Origin: Bdellovibrionota bacterium FG-2 | Lineage (GTDB): Bacteria > Bdellovibrionota > UBA1018 | Direction: 5' to 3' | Length of the DNA stretch: 13,599 nucleotides | Assembly: GCA_051382305.1 (NCBI GenBank) | Contig: JBBCAV010000079.1 | Coordinates: 1 to 13,599 of the forward strand | Part shown: positions 1 to 7,617 of the stretch, one piece after another | How the letters are laid out: every line of letters begins with the position of its first letter | Position numbering within the stretch: the stretch's first letter is position 1 | Notes under the pieces: model-generated | Told to the model about the DNA's origin: nothing | Database searches by the model: none | What the model saw: the letters and a program-made list of their open reading frames with translations, nothing else | Translations under genes and position numbers: made by a program

Positions 1-913
1 TAGCCACGGTGTCCAGGAGATCCGCCATTCCCAGAATCTGAGCGACACTCTCAAATTTGAATCCCTTGAGTTTCTGGGGATAACCGGTGCCATCAAATTT
101 TTCATGATGTTGCAGCACAAACCGCTGCACCCGCTCCGAAATACGGGGATCCAAACGCCGAATCAAACTCAGACTATGATTCACATGCTGCACAAATACC
201 CCGCGATTTTCAGGATCAAGCTCCATCCAAGGCAGGGAAGCAGTTTCATAAGGGATCTGCGAAATCCCAACATCGTGAAGCAATCCGGCCATTGCCAGAT
301 CAGACAACAGTGAAGACTCGATTTTTCCAAAAGCCAAAGCAAACAACACGGTATAAGTTGCAACATTCACTCCATGACCCAGCTCGGGCTCTAGCTCCGC
401 AATCTTCCAAATTTCGGAGGCCAACGCTCCTCCATCACAATTAAGCCCATGCAAGACATCTTGAACAACTTCTCTTGCCTTTGCCGTCTCTGGTTTTTGC
501 TCCGCAACCGAATTGGGACGAGTCAGTTCCTCCACTACCTTTCGCGCCTCTGAGGCTGCGCCACCCTTTTTATACCGAAGCTCCACTCCATCTGCGAGCA
601 AGAGAGTTACGATTTTGTCGCCGCTCTCAGTCAAGGGCCGAACAGGCGCGCCTGGCAGCGCGCTATCGAAGGAGTCGCTTGCCTGAGATTGCGCAAATGA
701 CTCTTGATCAGATTTTCGAATCCAAAAACGATGCACTCCACGGTCCTGCAAGAGATCAAGCAGTTCACCGTCTATTGCGCTGCCCTTGCTTTTCCAAAGG
801 ATAATCTGCCTGAGTTTAGACGAATACTGAAAAAGCGGACAGGGCAATCCCTCCTCCGCAAAAAGGGCCCCCAAGGGAACCGCCAAGTAGTCATCGACCC
901 TTTGCTTAGCCAT
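1..913 (-). CDS. HD-GYP domain protein (putative c-di-GMP phosphodiesterase or binder), 3' end truncated by the window edge
   Basis: Manual translation from ATG at 913-911 gives 304 open codons to the edge: MAKQRVDDYLAVPLGALF...GHGVNVATY...LAMAGLLHDVGISQIP...QHVNHS...LQHHEKFDGTGYPQKLKG...AQILGMADLLDTVA. HD is at 272-277 and HHExxDGxGYP at 77-109. The start overlaps the upstream gene's stop by 8 nt (ATGGCTAA). Not in the ORF track because no stop codon lies in the window. Confidence 0.93.
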   Translation of the reverse strand, partial: MAKQRVDDYLAVPLGALFAEEGLPCPLFQYSSKLRQIILWKSKGSAIDGELLDLLQDRGVHRFWIRKSDQESFAQSQASDSFDSALPGAPVRPLTESGDKIVTLLLADGVELRYKKGGAASEARKVVEELTRPNSVAEQKPETAKAREVVQDVLHGLNCDGGALASEIWKIAELEPELGHGVNVATYTVLFALAFGKIESSLLSDLAMAGLLHDVGISQIPYETASLPWMELDPENRGVFVQHVNHSLSLIRRLDPRISERVQRFVLQHHEKFDGTGYPQKLKGFKFESVAQILGMADLLDTVA

Positions 914-2264
914 GCTTTCGAAACCTCTGATGAAGGGTGTTCATCGTCTCCGCGAGGCAATGCAATAGCAGCTCTTCTTTCTGCGTAAGAGCCAGAATCT
1001 TGTGCTCAAAATGCGAAACTTCGCGAGAGTTCGGCGCGGATTTCTGGAGTTCCTGCAATTCGACTTCAAGACCACGAAGTTCGTTTTCAATCTGAAAATA
1101 GTGTCCGCGAAACGCCTCGAGCAAGCCCACGGCATCAGGCGGAGGGAGCTGCGTGGGCGTCCCCACACCTCCAGAGCGGAGCTCTCGAATCAAGGCTTCG
1201 CGTTCAGATAACTTTTGAATCAATCCTTGCACCTGCGTCTGCAAAATGCGCGTCTGCTGAACCTTCGCGTTACTCACACTATTGAAGGGGAAAGCCCGGA
1301 GCTGTGGATATCGACTCAAATTCTCGGAAGCAACAAACTGAGGTTCTTGCAAAAGTGCTGGATCTAAGGGCTCAACCCAAAAATTTCGGCACATTCCCCG
1401 CGAAATCTGCCGGGTCGTTTTAGGAAAAAATCCAAGTGTCAGCTCCACAAATGGGCTTTCGGCAAAGGGATGAACACGCACCACATCCGCATGCGTTGCA
1501 AGTAACACAGGAAAAGAATCTGGCGCGTGATTACCCGGCCAAAAAGACTCGACGACTTGAGTCGGCTTGAGACCCTGGCAAGAGAGGAGAAAACGAAAAA
1601 CGAGCAAATCAGAGTTCGCAGCAAATTGAAAAAAAACCTTTGGGGCCGATGACACCACAGCCGCCCCCTCATCATAAACCCATCCCCAAACAGCCCCCAA
1701 GCAAACTCTCATCGCATTGGCGAGAGATTTCCAGTGACTTTCAGCGATCTCTGGGAGTCTCAAAAGCTGTTCAAACCGCGAGTCCTGCTCCTCCTGCGCC
1801 ATCCAGTTCTCAGAATAAAAAGGGGGCGGCTTATTCAAAAAAAGGGGAGACATTCCAGCTCGATTGCTGTCCTTGGCCAGAACGCCGATCCAATGCGCGT
1901 GCCGTTCGGGCAAATCTTGAGTGAAATCCATTAAGATCACTCGATGCGCACTTGAGGCGCGCCGGGAACCCGTGGAAATCAAAGGAGCCGTGAAATACCC
2001 CGCAAAAGTGGGCCCACTCGTTCTCGTAATTCCGTAATGAGCTTCCACTCTTGACCACCGCAAATAGCAGTCCGCAGGCGCCAAGATCAAAGCATAGGTC
2101 TTCCGGGAGAACTCAACCATCAACGCTTCCTCGCTCGACTGACTAGAGAAAACATCAACGTCAAATTTTCGACTCAAAATCTGAATTAAGCGCGGCAGCT
2201 CTGCGTTGTTTTCCACAACAAAAGCGATAGGCACGCGTACCGATTCAGAGCCGCGACTCACCAA
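906..2264 (-). CDS. Hypothetical protein with a possible degenerate N-terminal receiver-like domain and a C-terminal coiled coil
   Basis: 452-aa ORF with a strong SD (AGGAGGAGGA, 2280-2271) 6 nt before TTG, with GTG as the next codon. The N-terminus IAFVVENN...SSEEAL...YALILA resembles REC beta1-beta3. The C-terminal ~120 aa are Q/E/L-rich with heptad character. Confidence 0.8.
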   Translation of the reverse strand: MVSRGSESVRVPIAFVVENNAELPRLIQILSRKFDVDVFSSQSSEEALMVEFSRKTYALILAPADCYLRWSRVEAHYGITRTSGPTFAGYFTAPLISTGSRRASSAHRVILMDFTQDLPERHAHWIGVLAKDSNRAGMSPLFLNKPPPFYSENWMAQEEQDSRFEQLLRLPEIAESHWKSLANAMRVCLGAVWGWVYDEGAAVVSSAPKVFFQFAANSDLLVFRFLLSCQGLKPTQVVESFWPGNHAPDSFPVLLATHADVVRVHPFAESPFVELTLGFFPKTTRQISRGMCRNFWVEPLDPALLQEPQFVASENLSRYPQLRAFPFNSVSNAKVQQTRILQTQVQGLIQKLSEREALIRELRSGGVGTPTQLPPPDAVGLLEAFRGHYFQIENELRGLEVELQELQKSAPNSREVSHFEHKILALTQKEELLLHCLAETMNTLHQRFRKHG

Positions 2265-2270
2265 GGTAGA

Positions 2271-2280
2271 TCCTCCTCCT
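2271..2280 (-). promoter_or_regulatory. Shine-Dalgarno site for the 906..2264 gene
   Basis: tcctcctcct on + reads AGGAGGAGGA on -, 6 nt upstream of TTG. Confidence 0.8.
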
Positions 2281-2294
2281 GGCTTATCGGTAAT

Positions 2295-3830
2295 TTACCA
2301 ACTTACTTGAACGCCGGCTGAAACCGAAAACAGACGCATGCTCGTTCCGATCGCGGTCTGAGCGACATCAAGCGTCGCAAGCAACGGCCATCGCGACCCA
2401 GGAGCGTTGAATTGGAAGCTGCCCCCTAAGGCAACTTCGCGATCTGAAAGAGAAGGCACTCGGGCCCCTGAGGCGATCGGGGCTAATTTGAGGTACGCAA
2501 GTTTAGAGCGCTTCCCGGGCTGCGAATCCTTGACCTGAAAAAGGACTTGGGGGCCACTCAAAAACTTCACCCCATAAACGTTGCCAGAAACCGACATTCC
2601 CCAAACGTACCAGCCCGACCAAAAGCTCCACTCTAGACCCAGAGGCGCAGCATTGAACATATACCCCAAACGCCCATTGATCCCAAAAAAACGCGCACTT
2701 GGCAACGTCGAGGGAGAAGAAGTCAGGGGAAGTAAAGTGATAAAACCGTTCGCAAGCGCTTCCACTTTTTTTGGAATAATCTTAACGCCCCCACCTCCTT
2801 TGAGCGTTAGACCGACCTCACTGATATTGGTTGCACCCTTAACTCGGGTCGCAGCTTCATAGTAACTCAAATAAGAGGGCCCCAGATTCACCCCAAAACT
2901 GAAAGTCGAAATTCTCTTTTTGGGTCGATAAAGCACCGAATACGTGGAGTTTGCTGCGACCGTTTCTCCCTTCTTTGCCACGGAAAAGTTTCCTAGAGTC
3001 TGCCCCCCCCCCAAATTGCCTTTAGGCTTTGCCACCACGTATTCCATCCACCCGGAACCTGAATGGAGAGTCTCCTTCGTCTTGGAGATAGGTCCCCAAG
3101 TAGACCCCACCCATTGGGCATCTAGCGAAAAAAGAAAAACCATCTTCATCTCATCTTCGGTCTCTTCGCAAACAATCCCAGCGTATAAAAACTTACTCTG
3201 AATTTTTTCTTTTCTGATCGACACCCCTTGGTTCCAACAACTGCGATCAAGCCAAAAGACAGGCTCATCATATTCAAGCTCCACCCAAAATCCGACATCT
3301 TGAAGACGGCCCTTCTGGTCTAAAAACTCAAGGGTCGCAGACGACAAGCGCGTATCAAGGTCAAAACGTAAAACACTTCCTTTTATTTTTCCCAAAGCCC
3401 CGAAAGGTTGATCTTCAGGATCGATTTTTGATTTGAAGGACGAAGACCCCTTAAGCGAAATCGCTTTGTGCGACGCGGGAAGCTCTACCCATGTCCTCAG
3501 CACCGGGTGCCCGACGGGGGACTCTTTCGAAGTCACGTCAAAAAACCAACGGCTCTTAGTCCTCCACTTCGGAGCTATCCGCTGCCCCCTCCAATCCACC
3601 CAGTAGATCTTGGGATCGGGAAACTCAGAAGAAGCGCTCTTCACCCAAAGAGCGGGAGGCAATGACGGAGAAACGGGTACCTCATCCGCCTTCGCAAAAT
3701 CGCAGCCACCCAAAATCAGCGCCAAAGCCAAGAAAAACTTGCTCCAGCTCGCCAGATAATCGGGATAACACCACGGTTTCACACTTTCCAACCTACAAAT
3801 AAGACCTTGATATTTCAAGTAAAACCCCAC
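2295..3830 (-). CDS. Exported hypothetical protein with a probable C-terminal outer-membrane beta-barrel; start codon uncertain (alternative GTG at 3782)
   Basis: 511-aa ORF. A hydrophobic stretch FFLALALILGGC followed by AKA-DE looks like a signal peptide. The C-terminal ~210 aa show alternating Gly/aromatic strands (FSFGVNLGPSYLSY, FFGINGRLGY, ALGGSFQF) and end in SVSAGVQVSW with a terminal aromatic residue. Confidence 0.7.
   Translation of the reverse strand: MGFYLKYQGLICRLESVKPWCYPDYLASWSKFFLALALILGGCDFAKADEVPVSPSLPPALWVKSASSEFPDPKIYWVDWRGQRIAPKWRTKSRWFFDVTSKESPVGHPVLRTWVELPASHKAISLKGSSSFKSKIDPEDQPFGALGKIKGSVLRFDLDTRLSSATLEFLDQKGRLQDVGFWVELEYDEPVFWLDRSCWNQGVSIRKEKIQSKFLYAGIVCEETEDEMKMVFLFSLDAQWVGSTWGPISKTKETLHSGSGWMEYVVAKPKGNLGGGQTLGNFSVAKKGETVAANSTYSVLYRPKKRISTFSFGVNLGPSYLSYYEAATRVKGATNISEVGLTLKGGGGVKIIPKKVEALANGFITLLPLTSSPSTLPSARFFGINGRLGYMFNAAPLGLEWSFWSGWYVWGMSVSGNVYGVKFLSGPQVLFQVKDSQPGKRSKLAYLKLAPIASGARVPSLSDREVALGGSFQFNAPGSRWPLLATLDVAQTAIGTSMRLFSVSAGVQVSW
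3003..3012. repeat. C10/G10 homopolymer within the putative outer-membrane protein gene
   Basis: Ten consecutive C on +. The coding strand reads TTG GGG GGG GGG CAG (L-G-G-G-Q). Confidence 0.9.
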
Positions 3831-3855
3831 CCTGAAAATGAGCCCGAGTTCCCCC

Positions 3856-3883
3856 TAAAGTTTACCCAAGAATTCGCCGAAAA
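3856..3883 (+). promoter_or_regulatory. Sigma28 (FliA/SigD)-type promoter of the che operon
   Basis: TAAAGTTT-N12-GCCGAAAA compared with the consensus TAAAGTTT-N11-GCCGATAA, located about 30-40 nt upstream of cheA. Confidence 0.8.
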
Positions 3884-3912
3884 CTTCTTAGGGACTAAAC
3901 CACTTATTTAGG

Positions 3913-5784
3913 ATGGGTACGCCAATGGATGACTTTGAAAAAGAACTCAAGGTAGGATTTCTCGAAGAAGCGAGCCAGCTCATTACCGACGCTGAACAAT
4001 GCTTTCTGAATCTTGAATCAAGCCAAGATGACCCAAGCGTACTGGAGACAATTTTTCGACTTGCACATAATCTGAAAGGCAGTGGAAAAGCGGTCGGATT
4101 TACGGAACTTTCAGAGTTCACCCACCAACTTGAATCCCTCCTTCTAAAACTTAAGAAGAAGGAACTCGCCATTGACAGCGATATCGTAAGCCTACTCCTC
4201 CAATGCAACGACCAACTTCGAATCATGGTTGATGGCCTCAAAGCAGATCTCGAGGCAAAGTTCGACAGCACCCAACTTCTCACTGCAATCGGGAACATTT
4301 TAAACGGCCAAGGGCCGGTCGCCTCGGCCCCCGCAGAGCCTCAAGTTTCGCCAGCTATTGTAACTCCCTCAGCAGACGCCTTTCCAGATGAACCAGCTCT
4401 CGCCGTGAGCGGCGAGCAGGGAGTGCCTCCCGTCGACCCCTTTGAGGGTTTGGGAGCGGTAGTACAAAATTCAATTACGGAGCCCGCCGTCCCCATTGCG
4501 CCGGTCGTTCCAATTGCTGCGCAACTCGTCGATAAACCGGCCCCTAAAGCGGCGACGCCCACAGGGGGCGCCCCAAAAGCAGCGGCCTCATCTGATGAAA
4601 GCATCCGCGTAAGCCTTGGAAAACTGGATCAGCTCGTGAACAACGTTGGCGAAATGGTCATATTACAGACTGTGCTCAACCAGCACAAAAACAAGGTTCA
4701 ATCGGCGCTGTTGCAGAAAACGATCACCCAGCTCTCAAAGATCTCGAAAAACATTCAAGACATTTCCATGAGCCTGCGGATGATTCCGCTAAAACAGACG
4801 TTCCAAAAAATGCAGCGAATCGTGAGAGACACATCTAAGACGCTGGGAAAGAATATCGAACTTCATATTAGTGGCGAAGAAACTGAACTCGACAAAACGG
4901 TGCTTGAAAACTTAGGAGATCCTCTCGTCCACCTCATCCGAAACGCCGTGGATCACGGAGTCGAGGATCCAGAGGAACGCGCTAAAGCGGGTAAAGATCC
5001 TGTAGGCAACATTTTTCTCCGCGCCTATCACCAAGGGGATCACATTGTCATTGAAATCAAAGACGATGGAAAAGGCCTCGATGCGAAGAAACTCACGGCC
5101 AAAGCTATTGAAAAAGGGCTTCTCAAACCGGGCCAAACTCTTTCGGACCAAGACGCGTACCATCTGATTTTTGCCCCCGGTTTTTCCACCAAGGCGGTCG
5201 TCACCGACGTCTCAGGTCGAGGCGTAGGGATGGATGTTGTTAGAACGAACATCGAGAAACTCTCAGGCGAAGTCCAACTTACCACAACCCTTGGCGGTGG
5301 AACCTGTTTTAAGATTTTACTCCCGCTCACTTTGGCGATTATTGACGGAATGCTCATCAATTCGCAAGACGAGCGCTATGTGATTCCGCTAGCACAGGTT
5401 TACGAATCCATTAGGCCACTCGACAAGGACGTTCACTTCGTCACGGGTGTGGGAGAAGTGCTCACTTTGCGCGAAGAGAACATCCAAGTCTATCGTTTAC
5501 CCACACTCCTAAGCCGCAAACTCACCCCAAAACCGCCCTCCGACACGATTGCTATCGTGGTCAGAACCAGCGAAAAACCTTTTGCGGTACTCGTCGATGA
5601 CATCATTGGACAACAACAAGTGGTGATCAAACGACTTGGGGCGGAACTCCAACACATCCGAGGATTCAGTGGAGGAGCGATCTTAGGCGACGGACGTGCT
5701 GCTTTGATTTTAGACATGGGAGAATTGGTTTCAAAGACAAAGGTAACCCCGACCAAGCCCTCTCTCGTAAAAGGAGTAGCCTAA
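3913..5784 (+). CDS. cheA: Chemotaxis histidine kinase CheA (Hpt-linker-dimerisation-HATPase-CheW); start may be the ATG at 3925
   Basis: Hpt FRLAHNLKGSG; P3 SIRVSLGKLDQLVNNVGEMVI; N box HLIRNAVDHG; G1 DDGKG; F/G2 FAPGFST..VTDVSGRGVGMDVV; LPLTLAI junction; P5 ending SGGAILGDG. Confidence 0.98.
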   Translation: MGTPMDDFEKELKVGFLEEASQLITDAEQCFLNLESSQDDPSVLETIFRLAHNLKGSGKAVGFTELSEFTHQLESLLLKLKKKELAIDSDIVSLLLQCNDQLRIMVDGLKADLEAKFDSTQLLTAIGNILNGQGPVASAPAEPQVSPAIVTPSADAFPDEPALAVSGEQGVPPVDPFEGLGAVVQNSITEPAVPIAPVVPIAAQLVDKPAPKAATPTGGAPKAAASSDESIRVSLGKLDQLVNNVGEMVILQTVLNQHKNKVQSALLQKTITQLSKISKNIQDISMSLRMIPLKQTFQKMQRIVRDTSKTLGKNIELHISGEETELDKTVLENLGDPLVHLIRNAVDHGVEDPEERAKAGKDPVGNIFLRAYHQGDHIVIEIKDDGKGLDAKKLTAKAIEKGLLKPGQTLSDQDAYHLIFAPGFSTKAVVTDVSGRGVGMDVVRTNIEKLSGEVQLTTTLGGGTCFKILLPLTLAIIDGMLINSQDERYVIPLAQVYESIRPLDKDVHFVTGVGEVLTLREENIQVYRLPTLLSRKLTPKPPSDTIAIVVRTSEKPFAVLVDDIIGQQQVVIKRLGAELQHIRGFSGGAILGDGRAALILDMGELVSKTKVTPTKPSLVKGVA

Positions 5785-5785
5785 T

Positions 5786-6283
5786 ATGGAAAACGACAAA
5801 ATCTCAAAAATGAGCTCAATAGAGCGATACCTTGAATTTTCGCTGGGCACGGAAACTTACGCGATGCCTCTGCTCGCGGTGCGCGAAGTCATTGCCGTTC
5901 CCGAGATCACACCCATCCCCTACACACCTCCCCACTTCTTGGGAATGATGAACCTGCGAGGTCAAGTTATCTCGGTCATCGATTTGAGGCTTAAATTCAA
6001 CATGAAGCAAGCTGCGACAAATACCCCCGAAACAGCGATCATCATTTGTCACATAGGGAGTCTTTCGCTAGGGGTAGTCGTATGCTCAGTCAATAGTGTC
6101 TTAGCTTTGGCGCCTCAGGATATTTCGGAAAAGCCCGGAATTGAAAGCATCATTAGTACTGCCTACATTACGGGCGTGACACGCAAAGACAACTCCCTGG
6201 TACTCCTCTTGAACATCGGAAAAGTACTCAACGTCAGTGACTACGCAGCTATCAATCAAGCCTCACCGGCCAAAGCTGCATAA
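5786..6283 (+). CDS. cheW: Chemotaxis scaffold CheW
   Basis: YLEFSLGTETYAMPLLAVREVI, ITPIPYTPPHFLGMMNLRGQVISVIDLRLKF and YITGV. Starts 1 nt after the cheA stop. Confidence 0.97.
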   Translation: MENDKISKMSSIERYLEFSLGTETYAMPLLAVREVIAVPEITPIPYTPPHFLGMMNLRGQVISVIDLRLKFNMKQAATNTPETAIIICHIGSLSLGVVVCSVNSVLALAPQDISEKPGIESIISTAYITGVTRKDNSLVLLLNIGKVLNVSDYAAINQASPAKAA

Positions 6284-6347
6284 AAAGTCTTTCTCAACGC
6301 TGATGATCGGGGTAGAATCTTTAGAAAGAGAAGGGGGCTCGCAAGCC

Positions 6348-6749
6348 ATGTTCGATCCATCAACACGTATTCTCGTCATCGACGACATGATGACCATGCG
6401 GAAGCTTGTCAGTAAAGTATGCAAAGAATTAGGTTTCACGGATCTTACCGAAGCTTCAGATGGAGCTCTAGGATGGGAAGCGATCGTAAACACGAAGCCT
6501 CCGATCGGTCTGGTGATCTCCGACTGGAACATGCCCAACTCCACCGGAATGGACTTGCTGAAGCGGGTTCGCGGCGACAGCCGATTCAAAGAACTTCCCT
6601 TTGTCATGGTCACTGCTGAATCCGAAAATTCTCAAGTGATTGAGGCGATCAAATCAGGCGTAAGCAACTACATCATCAAACCCTTTACTGCCGACACACT
6701 AAAAGAAAAACTTGAAGCCGTTCACAAGAAAATTGTCGCAGGAAAATGA
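6348..6749 (+). CDS. cheY: Chemotaxis response regulator CheY (133 aa)
   Basis: Start reassigned to ATG 6348 after the purine-rich GAAGGGGG. Motifs: ILVIDD, ISDWNMP (phosphoacceptor Asp), MVTAE and YIIKPF. Single-domain receiver. Confidence 0.95.
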   Translation: MFDPSTRILVIDDMMTMRKLVSKVCKELGFTDLTEASDGALGWEAIVNTKPPIGLVISDWNMPNSTGMDLLKRVRGDSRFKELPFVMVTAESENSQVIEAIKSGVSNYIIKPFTADTLKEKLEAVHKKIVAGK

Positions 6750-7612
6750 TCGAGGCTCTAAAAGACCGCCTCATTGACCTCACCTTACCCAAACCCGTAC
6801 GCGACCGTGTGGATCAAGCGCCCCTTCGTCTCAACTCCGCCGGCTTTGATCCCTGGGGGCTTGACCCCAAAACAGTAAAGATAGCAACTGGGTTGTTGCG
6901 GTGGTTTTATTCTCACTATTTTCGTGTCGAAACTTCTGGAATCGATCGGCTCCCCAAAGGGCGTGTGCTTATCGTGTCCAATCACAGCGGCCAGATTCCC
7001 TTTGACGGGCTACTGCTTGCCTTAGCACTCATTCTTGAAGCCACGCCGCCAAGGATCGCAAGAGCCATGGCCGAGCGATGGGTTCCTACGCTGCCTTTTA
7101 TCAGTACATTGTTCGCACGCTGTGGCACCGTCGTTGGAGATCCACAAAACTGCATTGAACTTCTCAATCAAGAAGAATGCGTTCTCGTCTTTCCCGAGGG
7201 CACACGCGGATCGGGAAAAAATATTTTTAAGCGCTATGAACTTCAACGCTTCGGCACAGGCTTTATGCGACTCGCCTTAGAAACCAACACCCCCATTGTC
7301 CCCGTGGGGATTGTGGGCTGCGAAGAGACCTATCCCGCCTTTTTTCATTTAAAGAAAATCGCCAAAAAGTTTGGGGCGCCCTACTTTCCGTTCACGCCAC
7401 TTTTCCCTTGGTTTGGGCCCCTCGGTGCCCTTCCGATCCCCACAAAAGTAACTCTTCGTTTTGGCGAGCCGCTCAAGTTTGAAGGCGATCCGGATGCCTC
7501 CGACCGCGACATTCAACTCAAAGTGGATCAAGTTAAGAGTTCGATCCGAAACGAGCTCAGCATTGGACTTGCAATGAGAGGCAAGAACATTTTCACTCGG
7601 GCTGGGAAATAA
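6746..7612 (+). CDS. Lysophospholipid/glycerolipid acyltransferase (PlsC/LPLAT superfamily, MGAT-like)
   Basis: NHSGQIPFDG (HX6D), VFPEGTRG, FGTGFMRLAL..TPIVPVGIVG.EE and RFGEP, with an N-terminal GFDPWGLDP. ATGA overlap with the cheY stop. Confidence 0.92.
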   Translation: MIEALKDRLIDLTLPKPVRDRVDQAPLRLNSAGFDPWGLDPKTVKIATGLLRWFYSHYFRVETSGIDRLPKGRVLIVSNHSGQIPFDGLLLALALILEATPPRIARAMAERWVPTLPFISTLFARCGTVVGDPQNCIELLNQEECVLVFPEGTRGSGKNIFKRYELQRFGTGFMRLALETNTPIVPVGIVGCEETYPAFFHLKKIAKKFGAPYFPFTPLFPWFGPLGALPIPTKVTLRFGEPLKFEGDPDASDRDIQLKVDQVKSSIRNELSIGLAMRGKNIFTRAGK

Positions 7613-7617
7613 AGATC

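Noticed and set aside
104-988. Short ORFs 104..313, 181..366, 475..804, 704..988 and 772..960
   Set aside because: They are shadow or out-of-frame ORFs over the HD-GYP gene, which has clear motifs.
6281-6306. TAAA-N14-GCTGATGA as a third sigma28 promoter before cheY
   Set aside because: The spacing is 2 nt shorter than at the other two sites, the core CCGA is mismatched, and TAAA includes the cheW stop codon.
6237-6347. N-terminal extension of CheY in the ORF track (170 aa)
   Set aside because: It overlaps cheW and starts at a GTG without an evident SD. ATG 6348 has an SD-like sequence and gives a normal-length CheY.
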